A stretch of 56,852 nt of DNA from Verrucomicrobiota bacterium. Lineage in GTDB: Bacteria; Verrucomicrobiota; Verrucomicrobiia; Limisphaerales; SIBE01. The position numbers were made by a program, and so were the translations under genes. Below the pieces are notes generated by a model. It made no database searches, was not told where the DNA came from, and worked only from the letters and a program-made list of their open reading frames with translations. Below are positions 37,982-45,959 of the stretch, one piece after another. The stretch lies in the NCBI GenBank assembly GCA_027623095.1, contig JAQBVM010000002.1, positions 1 to 56,852 on the forward strand, given 5' to 3'. The number at the start of each line of letters is the position of its first letter. Positions within the stretch are counted from its first letter, which is position 1.

Positions 37982-39256
37982 ATGGAAACGCGAGAATTTC
38001 ATCCGGCTGATATCGCCGATCAACTCGAGCGACTGCCCGCCGAGGAAGCCAATGCATTGCTCCGAAAGCTGCCGAAAGATCAAGCGGCGGCGGCCCTGAT
38101 TGAATTGGATCGCGAAGCTTGGCCGGAGTTTCTGAGGAACCTCAAGGCAACCGAGATTTCAGATTTGATAAAAGAGCTGCCGCACGATGCGTCCGCCGAC
38201 TTGATTCAAAGCCTTCCCGCAGCCGATCGAAAGGCAGTCCTGTCAGAGCTCCCACTCGAGGAAGTCTCTGAGATTAGCGCCCTCATGAAGTATCCTTGCG
38301 ACTCCGTGGGAGGCATTATGAGCGACGAATTCCTCGCTTTCCAGGAGGACCAAACCGTCGAGGAATGCCAGCAAGCATTACGCAATCTTGCTGATCAGGG
38401 CGCGGAGGAGGGGATCTCCTACCTTTATGTCACTAACAGGGAATCGCACCTAGTCGGCATTGTCTCTCTGCGCAATCTCGTCTTTGGACGGCCGAACCGA
38501 AAAATCGGGGAACTCATGAAACGCGACGTGACTCACGTCCGGGTGGATGATGATCAGGAGAGAATTGCCCAGTTGTTCGAACACTACCACTACCTCGCGC
38601 TTCCGGTTCTTGAACACTCCGGGAAACTCGTCGGAATTGTCGTCGCGAATCAAGTGATAGACGTCCTACAACATGAAGCCACCGAGGACATGCAGTTGAT
38701 GGTCGGGTTATCCGGCGAAGAGCGTGCGTTGACCCCTTGGCAAAAATCGATGTCGAGGCGTTTGCCGTGGCTGTGCGTTAATTTGGCGACGGCATTCCTC
38801 GCGGCGGGGGTAGTGGGGCTTTTCGAAGAAACCATCGCCGCGTGGACAGCCCTGGCGGTCTTTCTACCGATCGTCGCCGGCCAAGGGGGAAACGCGGGCG
38901 CTCAAACGTTGACGGTCATTATTCGCGATTTGGCACTGGGAGAAATGTCCCCTGGAGACGGTAGAAAGGCATTGTACAAGGAACTTCTGCTCGCCGTTCT
39001 CAACGGTCTTGTGATTGGCATTATTGTGGGAGTATTGGGATATCTCTGGAAGGGAAGTGCCCTGCTAGGCGTAGTCGTCGGATCGGCGATGGTATTGAAC
39101 ATGATCGCCGCAGCCCTTTCCGGTGTGCTGGTGCCATATACGTTGAAAGCACTGAGGATTGATCCCGCTCTCGCTTCAAGCATACTGGTGACAACGGTCA
39201 CCGATGTGGCGGGGTTCTTCTTTTTTCTCGGAATCGCAGCGATGGTTCTTCGGTGA
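37982..39256 (+). CDS. mgtE: Magnesium transporter MgtE
   Basis: N-domain, CBS pair and a C-terminal TM domain (PIVAGQGGNAGAQT, VTTVTDVAGFFFFLG). The ATG at 37982 is preceded by AGAGGA. Confidence 0.9.
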   Translation: METREFHPADIADQLERLPAEEANALLRKLPKDQAAAALIELDREAWPEFLRNLKATEISDLIKELPHDASADLIQSLPAADRKAVLSELPLEEVSEISALMKYPCDSVGGIMSDEFLAFQEDQTVEECQQALRNLADQGAEEGISYLYVTNRESHLVGIVSLRNLVFGRPNRKIGELMKRDVTHVRVDDDQERIAQLFEHYHYLALPVLEHSGKLVGIVVANQVIDVLQHEATEDMQLMVGLSGEERALTPWQKSMSRRLPWLCVNLATAFLAAGVVGLFEETIAAWTALAVFLPIVAGQGGNAGAQTLTVIIRDLALGEMSPGDGRKALYKELLLAVLNGLVIGIIVGVLGYLWKGSALLGVVVGSAMVLNMIAAALSGVLVPYTLKALRIDPALASSILVTTVTDVAGFFFFLGIAAMVLR

Positions 39257-39345
39257 ACCGCGATAAGCGCGATCAATTACCCATCGTGCTGAATCTTGCT
39301 CTCGCCTTCGCCTTTTCTGGCGTTGGAGAATCATGTACAAAAGAA

Positions 39346-39370
39346 GAGGCGGCCTGAGGGAGGCCGCCTC
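39346..39370. terminator. Strong hairpin between convergent mgtE and tilS, with a U-tract on the minus strand
   Basis: GAGGCGGCC-tgaggga-GGCCGCCTC (9-bp stem). The minus strand continues TTCTTTTGT. Confidence 0.55.
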
Positions 39371-39582
39371 TCGTCCCAAGGGGATAGGGACACAGCGTTG
39401 AAGAAGTTCGAATATAGTTTGTCTCCAGACTTTTGCAAGCCCAGAAATTCAGATTTTCGAAAAAACAAAAAAGAATTTTGGCAGTTTTCGCAATCCGACG
39501 ATCAGTTTAAAACAAAGCTAAGAATCGCTTTGGTCCTCCACGCAGACCCTTCAGATGAAAGTGCTTGAAATGCAGCAAGATA

Positions 39583-40968
39583 TCAACCGCCCATCGTCCT
39601 CGAGCAAATCCAAGTCAACCTATTCTCAGTCGCTGTGTTCAGTTTGAATCGTTCGGAGATTCGCAATCCTTCCACCCAGAATATTTCGCCGTCGGCGGTG
39701 ACGCCCACAATAAGCGTATGACGCTGGCCACGCGGAATCTTGTTGTTCACAAACAAGTTCTGCAACTTGACCGAATTCTGCATTCCAATCGGTTGGAACC
39801 GATCCCCTGGTCTCCATCGGCGAAGAACGATGGATGACCCAACTCGGCTCGCGTCGAAGTGCTCAAATTGATGCTCCTTATCTCGATGAGGATAAACCCC
39901 AAAAGCTGCGGATTCGACCAGCCATTGAATCCGAGCGCCTCCAAAAACGACCGAGCCTGAAGGAACCGCAAGGTTTAGGACGGTTTCTTCAGTGCTGAAT
40001 TCAACCACAGGATCCGGATCCAGCGTGTGCAATTCGCCGTCCTCCGTGCGAAACACAACCAAACCCGTGCAGACGGTTAGCTTCCCGCCCAAATTCAATC
40101 GAAGATACTCGATCATCTCAAACTCAGGCTTGATCCCCAACCTCAACAATTCCGAGCGGATTCGGCGACGCTGAAGCGCAACATGCAGCCGATCAAAAGC
40201 GAACCCGGTGGAATCCGCGACCAGCGATCTTGACGCCTGATCCAGACAATTTGAGTCTTCCCGCGCCAATTCCATGAATCGGTGGATCGTTTGGTCCAGA
40301 CCCGGTTGGTAATGCTTGCGCAAGCGCGGTAACAATTCATGACGAATTCTGTTTCGCAAACAGTCGAGATGTTCATTCGTGGCGTCGTCGGAATAATCGA
40401 TACGATTCCTCTTCGCCCAAATCTCCAACTCGCGCTTGGGGATTCCCAAAAGGGGTCGCAACAAACGCACGCTCGGATCGTACGGAGACGGTCGGCGCCA
40501 ATCCATGCCCGCAATTCCATCCGTGCCAGCACCGCGAAAAAGCCGCAGAAAAAACAGCTCCGATTGATCGTTCGCATGATGAGCGAGCGCGACTGTTTGG
40601 CCGCCGTTCGCTGCTGCACATCGGGCGAGGAAAGCATGCCTCAGTTCTCTCGCCGCCATCTCAATCGAAATCCCCTGATCGCGGGCATGCGCTCGAACAT
40701 CCCCTTTTTCGCAAAGAAAACGCAGGCCCAACCGCTCCGCTACAGCGTGAACAACCGTTTGATCCCCGTCACTCTTCTCACCGCGCAGTTGATGATTAAA
40801 ATGAGCGACCGAAAGATTCCATCGGTATCGTTTAGAGAGTTGATGCAAAAGGTTCAGAAGCACCATCGAATCAAGCCCGCCGGAAACAGCTACAACCACA
40901 GACTGTCCGTCAGCCAGTAAACCGAAAGCTTGAATCGTCTTTCTAACCTCTTCGAGCAGACACTTCAC
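39583..40968 (-). CDS. tilS: tRNA(Ile)-lysidine synthetase TilS
   Basis: PP-loop VAVSGGLDSMVLL. A GTG start at 40968 overlaps the TGA of the upstream gene as GTGA. The alternative ATGs at 41016 and 41001 would overlap it by more than 30 nt. Confidence 0.85.
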   Translation of the reverse strand: MKCLLEEVRKTIQAFGLLADGQSVVVAVSGGLDSMVLLNLLHQLSKRYRWNLSVAHFNHQLRGEKSDGDQTVVHAVAERLGLRFLCEKGDVRAHARDQGISIEMAARELRHAFLARCAAANGGQTVALAHHANDQSELFFLRLFRGAGTDGIAGMDWRRPSPYDPSVRLLRPLLGIPKRELEIWAKRNRIDYSDDATNEHLDCLRNRIRHELLPRLRKHYQPGLDQTIHRFMELAREDSNCLDQASRSLVADSTGFAFDRLHVALQRRRIRSELLRLGIKPEFEMIEYLRLNLGGKLTVCTGLVVFRTEDGELHTLDPDPVVEFSTEETVLNLAVPSGSVVFGGARIQWLVESAAFGVYPHRDKEHQFEHFDASRVGSSIVLRRWRPGDRFQPIGMQNSVKLQNLFVNNKIPRGQRHTLIVGVTADGEIFWVEGLRISERFKLNTATENRLTWICSRTMGG

Positions 40969-42023
40969 GGATCTTCGTAAACCTCCCGAAGTTGACCGCA
41001 TGCAAGAGCGCACCACGATTCCTGATACGGGTCCGGACCCGGCTCTCGTTGTACTATCGCAACAGCCTCATCAATTCTTTGAATGATTTCACGCCGCCAC
41101 TCACCAACAGTGTGCGCCCCGGCCCACCTTCGGCTGACGATCGTTTCCTCGGCTGCGGCGACGCAGTCGCGCCCGAGATGGGATTCTTTCAAATGAGCAT
41201 CAATATAACCGGCATCGTCGTGTTCACCGTGACCACCCAATCGAAGCAAATCTGCCACTACCAATTGCGGTCCTTCGCCCTCTCGCGCCCTTCGGATCGC
41301 ATCACCCACAACCTTCAGGCAATCCGCAAGATCGGTCCCATCAGCCACAACACCCTCCACCCCGTATCCGATCGCCCTGTCCACAATGGATTGGCAAGCG
41401 AACTGCCGTGAACTCGGAGTCGAATAGGCGTACTGATTGTTGGCCACAATCAAAATGAGCGGCAGTTTTTCAACCGCAGCCTGATTAAGGGCCTCGTGAA
41501 ACGCACCCGTCGATGTTGCACCCTCCCCTGTGCATGTCGCTCCAACCGTTCCGGACAGGCCTTTGAACCGGCGGCCAATTAGCATACCGTTTACCACGGG
41601 GATCATGGCGCCAAGATGGCTAATCATTGGAACGAGGCCCTCGCGGGGCCGTCCACGGTGAACATTCCCGTCGCGGGAACGCATCGGTCCGCGCGGCGAA
41701 CCCAAATAATTTCGAACGGCATCCAGAATTGGTTCGCCAAAGGCAAGCCTGCCCGCCAGATCCCGAATTAACGGAGCGAAAACATCCCCCTTCCGGAGCG
41801 ACACGCCAATAGAAACACTCAGCGCCTCTTGACCCCGCCCTGTAAAAACGCCCCCGTGAATCTTGCCGCCACGGTAGAGACTTGCGAATTTCTCATCCAA
41901 AATCCGCCCCAAAAGCATCCACCGAAACGCCACGACGAACTTTTCGCGGAATTCGGAAGTGACCGTGCCGGCTCCGTCAAACGACTTTGCCAGAGGCACC
42001 ACAGACTCGATTGTCGGAACCAT
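40965..42023 (-). CDS. Thiamine-diphosphate-dependent 2-oxo-acid dehydrogenase E1 component, alpha subunit
   Basis: E1-alpha signatures: TPP-binding GEGATSTGAFHEALNQAAVEKLPLILIVANNQYA and LGGHGEHDD. Confidence 0.85.
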   Translation of the reverse strand: MVPTIESVVPLAKSFDGAGTVTSEFREKFVVAFRWMLLGRILDEKFASLYRGGKIHGGVFTGRGQEALSVSIGVSLRKGDVFAPLIRDLAGRLAFGEPILDAVRNYLGSPRGPMRSRDGNVHRGRPREGLVPMISHLGAMIPVVNGMLIGRRFKGLSGTVGATCTGEGATSTGAFHEALNQAAVEKLPLILIVANNQYAYSTPSSRQFACQSIVDRAIGYGVEGVVADGTDLADCLKVVGDAIRRAREGEGPQLVVADLLRLGGHGEHDDAGYIDAHLKESHLGRDCVAAAEETIVSRRWAGAHTVGEWRREIIQRIDEAVAIVQREPGPDPYQESWCALACGQLREVYEDP

Positions 42024-42335
42024 AAATCTAATTTATGCCCGTTTCGCTCCACCGCGCAATTGCATTGTTCTGTGCCCGGATTTGGACTGGCATTCAGAAT
42101 TATTTCAAGATATTCTCATGTCGAGGGTTCTCGGAGAATCGGCCAAAAGCGAATCAATCAAGATTATTATGCCCGACTCAATCGATCTTAAGACCAAATC
42201 CGCCTGGTCTGCCAATATCTTAAGAAGCGAAAAAACCAAGTAAGAATTCATCTCGGATGCGCTCCACTCTTCAACTCGAACGTCCCTTCGTCTTGTTCTG
42301 TTTCAGTGCTGAGCCGGTTCAATGTTCTGCGTGAT

Positions 42336-42917
42336 ATGAAGATACTGATTGCCGAAGACGACCCGATCGGGCAAAAAATTGCCAGAGTTACAATCGAAAA
42401 GCTCGGCCACGAAGTTGTCACCGCAAACGATGGCCAGGAAGCTTGGAACCTTCTGCTTCAACACACGGTGCACGTAATCGTCAGTGATTGGATGATGCCC
42501 AATCTGGACGGACTCGACCTATGCACGCGAGTGCGCGCCCGTCCGGGAAGGCACTACGTTTACTTTATTCTGCTCACAGCCAGAACCGGGAAGGCGGATT
42601 ACTTCAAGGCCATGGAAACCGGAGTGGATGATTTTCTGGCGAAGCCCCTTATACGAGAGGAACTGCTCATTCGGCTGCGTGTTGCCGAGCGAATTCTGAA
42701 GTTCATGGGCCAAGTGCGAGATTTAAAGCGCCTGCTCCCGATCTGCAGCTATTGCAAAAAAATCCGCGACGACAAAGATTACTGGCACGGTATTGAGAAC
42801 TATATTCATGCGCAAACTGGAGCCGATTTCAGTCATGGAATTTGTCCGGACTGCCGGGATAAAGTAATGGGTTCTGAAATCTCTGGCGTGTCGAACGAGG
42901 CCGACGAAGACCGATGA
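42336..42917 (+). CDS. Response regulator (REC) with a C-terminal Cys-rich module CxxC...H...CxxC
   Basis: REC: KILIAEDDP, VIVSDWMMPNLDG, KADYF...GVDDFLAKP. Tail: LPICSYCKKIRDDKDYWHGIENYIHAQTGADFSHGICPDC. Confidence 0.85.
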   Translation: MKILIAEDDPIGQKIARVTIEKLGHEVVTANDGQEAWNLLLQHTVHVIVSDWMMPNLDGLDLCTRVRARPGRHYVYFILLTARTGKADYFKAMETGVDDFLAKPLIREELLIRLRVAERILKFMGQVRDLKRLLPICSYCKKIRDDKDYWHGIENYIHAQTGADFSHGICPDCRDKVMGSEISGVSNEADEDR

Positions 42918-43087
42918 CAGAAGCCCCATCCACCTTCTGGTTCACCGCATGCTTCCAAACGCAACTTGTCCCCGAATCCGAAAGTCAAATACCGCGGCAT
43001 TCGACCGCCTGAATCCGAAGGTTCCGCATGGCGATCTCGTCAGCATCTGATTTTGACAAGGCCCGATCGTCTCTCTAGCGTTTTCGA

Positions 43088-43576
43088 ATGGAACCACTGC
43101 ACGCCCCGTGGAGAATTGACTATATTCTCGCACCGAAACCGCCTCCATCAGAGGAATCGCTTTTCTCGAGAATTGCCCAATCCAATGATGACGAAGGCAA
43201 CCACGTCGTTGTCCGCGAGCGAACCTGTTATGCGGTCCTGAACACATTTCCTTACAATGGCGGCCATCTGATGGTGATCCCGTACCGGCAAGCCTCGAAC
43301 CTGGGAGATTTGACCGACGAAGAGCTTTGTGATTTGATGCGATTAACACGACGTTCTGTGACCGTTCTGAAAGAAGTCATGAATCCGGATGGATTTAATA
43401 TCGGACTGAATCTCGGAAAAGCGGCAGGCGCCGGGATCGAAGAACATCTGCACTTTCATGTTGTTCCCCGCTGGAGCGGTGATACAAATTTCATGCCTGT
43501 AATCGCAAAAACGACCGTTTTGCCTCAAGCATTGTCGGAGTTGGCGACTCGATTGCGAGCCGTGTTTTCCAAGTGA
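43088..43576 (+). CDS. HIT-family nucleotide hydrolase/phosphorylase
   Basis: Histidine triad EHLHFHVVPRW. Confidence 0.85.
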   Translation: MEPLHAPWRIDYILAPKPPPSEESLFSRIAQSNDDEGNHVVVRERTCYAVLNTFPYNGGHLMVIPYRQASNLGDLTDEELCDLMRLTRRSVTVLKEVMNPDGFNIGLNLGKAAGAGIEEHLHFHVVPRWSGDTNFMPVIAKTTVLPQALSELATRLRAVFSK

Positions 43577-43675
43577 GCGCCTCGAACCCTCCTTTTGCGA
43601 ACTCGGCGTCAACCCCGGCGGTTTGCGCTATCCGGTCAACCCGGTGAACCAGACTCCCCCCAGCAACTAGACATT

Positions 43676-44638
43676 ATGCCCTGCGAAACCCTTCATTTCG
43701 AAAACGCCAGACTTGCTCAACAACTATTTAATAACGATGCAAAGAATCTGGAAGCGTTGAAGGAGCACCTCGAAGTGAAGGCCACCTCCCGCGAGGGCTG
43801 GATCAAGTTGGAGGGGGCCGAGGATGCAATTTTTCGAGCAAAGCAATTGTTCCAGTTTCTAGAGAATTCTCTCAAAGCCGGTACACCCGTCAGGAATCGC
43901 GAGTTCGCCTACGCACTGGGCATCATGAAGAGTGACGGAGCCGAGGCTCTTCAATCGCTGCCGGGTGAACAGATTAAGACATCTCACAAAAAGGCGACCG
44001 TAGTTCCCAAGACAATTGGTCAAAAGAAATATATCGATGCGATCCGCAAACACGACATCACGTTCGGCGTGGGTCCGGCTGGAACCGGCAAAACATTTCT
44101 TGCGGTGGCGATGGCGGTCGCCGCGTTGAAGGATGAATCGGTTGCCCGGATCGTTCTGACACGCCCGGCTGTCGAAGCGGGCGAGGCTCTCGGTTTCCTT
44201 CCCGGCGATCTTCAAGAGAAAATCTCACCCTATCTTCGCCCCCTCCAGGATGCCCTCTACGATCTGCTGCCGAGCGATGAGATTCAACGAAACACGGAAC
44301 GGGGCATCATCGAGATCGCGCCGCTTGCGTATATGCGGGGCCGCACTCTCAACAACGCGTTTATCATTCTGGACGAGGCGCAAAACTCGACCACGGAGCA
44401 GATGTTTATGTTCTTGACCCGCTTGGGGCAGAACTCGAAGGCCGTCATCACTGGAGATCCATCGCAAGTCGATCTGCCGCATCCCCGGAAATCCGGACTC
44501 CCAGAAGCCTGCCATGCCCTCGCCGGCATCGACGGTATCTCGATTATCGAGTTTCAAAAACGGGATGTGGTCCGCCACGCGCTCGTTCAGAAAATCATCG
44601 CGGCCTACGAGAACCATCGAGGCCCCAAGAATGAATGA
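43676..44638 (+). CDS. phoH: PhoH-like ATPase (YbeZ)
   Basis: Walker A GPAGTGKTFLAVA and ILDEAQN. Synteny with ybeY. Confidence 0.9.
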   Translation: MPCETLHFENARLAQQLFNNDAKNLEALKEHLEVKATSREGWIKLEGAEDAIFRAKQLFQFLENSLKAGTPVRNREFAYALGIMKSDGAEALQSLPGEQIKTSHKKATVVPKTIGQKKYIDAIRKHDITFGVGPAGTGKTFLAVAMAVAALKDESVARIVLTRPAVEAGEALGFLPGDLQEKISPYLRPLQDALYDLLPSDEIQRNTERGIIEIAPLAYMRGRTLNNAFIILDEAQNSTTEQMFMFLTRLGQNSKAVITGDPSQVDLPHPRKSGLPEACHALAGIDGISIIEFQKRDVVRHALVQKIIAAYENHRGPKNE

Positions 44639-45092
44639 ACTCGTTTTTCGAAACCGGCAGAAGCATCGCCGGATTCGCCTTTCTTTATTAAAGTCGATCG
44701 CGAAAACGCTGCTTGCCCAATCACTCCAGGTTCCGAGCTTTCAACTCGGGGTCAGCCTTATTTCTGACGAAGAAATGACCCTCCTGAACGAGACATTTCT
44801 GAACCACGAAGGTTCCACGGACGTTGTCACATTTGACCACCGAGACGCGGAATCGCCCGAACTCTTGTACGGAGAGATCTGTATCAGCGTTCCGGACGCG
44901 GTGCTTCAGGCGCGCCAATATAAAACTTCTTGGCAATCCGAAATCGTCCGCTACCTGATTCACGGACTCTTGCATTTGAGAGGATATGACGACATCGACC
45001 CGGCTCACCGCAGAACGATGAAACGCCGCGAACGGACCTTATTGAATGCTATCGCCAAGCAATTCCCTATCGACGAGCTGGCACTTCGATGA
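44631..45092 (+). CDS. ybeY: rRNA maturation endoribonuclease YbeY
   Basis: HGLLHLRGYDD metal-site motif. The ATG at 44631 overlaps the phoH stop (ATGAATGA). Confidence 0.85.
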   Translation: MNELVFRNRQKHRRIRLSLLKSIAKTLLAQSLQVPSFQLGVSLISDEEMTLLNETFLNHEGSTDVVTFDHRDAESPELLYGEICISVPDAVLQARQYKTSWQSEIVRYLIHGLLHLRGYDDIDPAHRRTMKRRERTLLNAIAKQFPIDELALR

Positions 45093-45131
45093 TCTCCGGC
45101 AAAACGGTTGTGTGCTGGCTGGAAGGAGAAC

Positions 45132-45785
45132 ATGAGTGACGAGCGAACCGCGGGAGTGATTCTAAGGGTCCGCCCGCTGACCGAAACGAGTCTCATCGCG
45201 AATTGGTTGACCCCTGATCTCGGGCGCATTTCCACGGTCGCTCGCGGGGCGCTCCGCCCAAAGTCCCCGTTTCGAGGGAAGCTGGATCTCTTCTTTTTCG
45301 CGGACTTCACGTTTAACCGGAGCCGCAGGAGCGATCTGCACGCTCTGCGCGAAATTGCCGTGCGCAACCATAATGCCGCCCTGCGCGAAGACATAACCCG
45401 CCTGCGCGAGGCCGCCTATGTTTCCCAACTCATCGAACAAAACACTGAAACTGAAACTCCGCTGCCAGCGCTCTTCGACCTATTCCAGTCCACGCTGCAA
45501 GAGATCGCAACCAATCCACCGAGAGTTCTTCGCCTAATTGCCTTTGAATCGCGATTCCTTGCCGATATGGGCTTGGCACCCAGCCTCGCGGACGCCAGCC
45601 TTACTTTAGGGTCCAAGAAAATCCTGGAACAGATAATGTTCGCAGACTGGGAACGCTTCGGACGGCTGCAATCCAGTCGTGCGCAGAATCTCGAATTGTC
45701 GCGATTCCTCCTGGCGCAACTCGTTTCTCATTTTGGCAATGCACCGAAAGCGCGGCCTGGTCTGATAGAGGCCCTTGGAAATTGA
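45132..45785 (+). CDS. recO: DNA repair protein RecO
   Basis: The N-terminal OB-fold sequence GVILRVRPLTETSLIANWLTPDLGRISTVARGA is RecO-like. GGAAGGAGA lies upstream of the ATG at 45132. Confidence 0.8.
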   Translation: MSDERTAGVILRVRPLTETSLIANWLTPDLGRISTVARGALRPKSPFRGKLDLFFFADFTFNRSRRSDLHALREIAVRNHNAALREDITRLREAAYVSQLIEQNTETETPLPALFDLFQSTLQEIATNPPRVLRLIAFESRFLADMGLAPSLADASLTLGSKKILEQIMFADWERFGRLQSSRAQNLELSRFLLAQLVSHFGNAPKARPGLIEALGN

Positions 45786-45959
45786 CGAAAACTGCTTGGC
45801 AACCCGTTCGAACTCGGGTAACCAACAACACGATTCGTCGCAAGTTCGATTTACCAACACGAACGTTCGATTGCATATTCACGATCACAAGAACGCGGAA
45901 TCTGACTCCATCGACTTGTATTGCTGGAAACGGAAAACCAAAACTCGTTCATAGGGATT

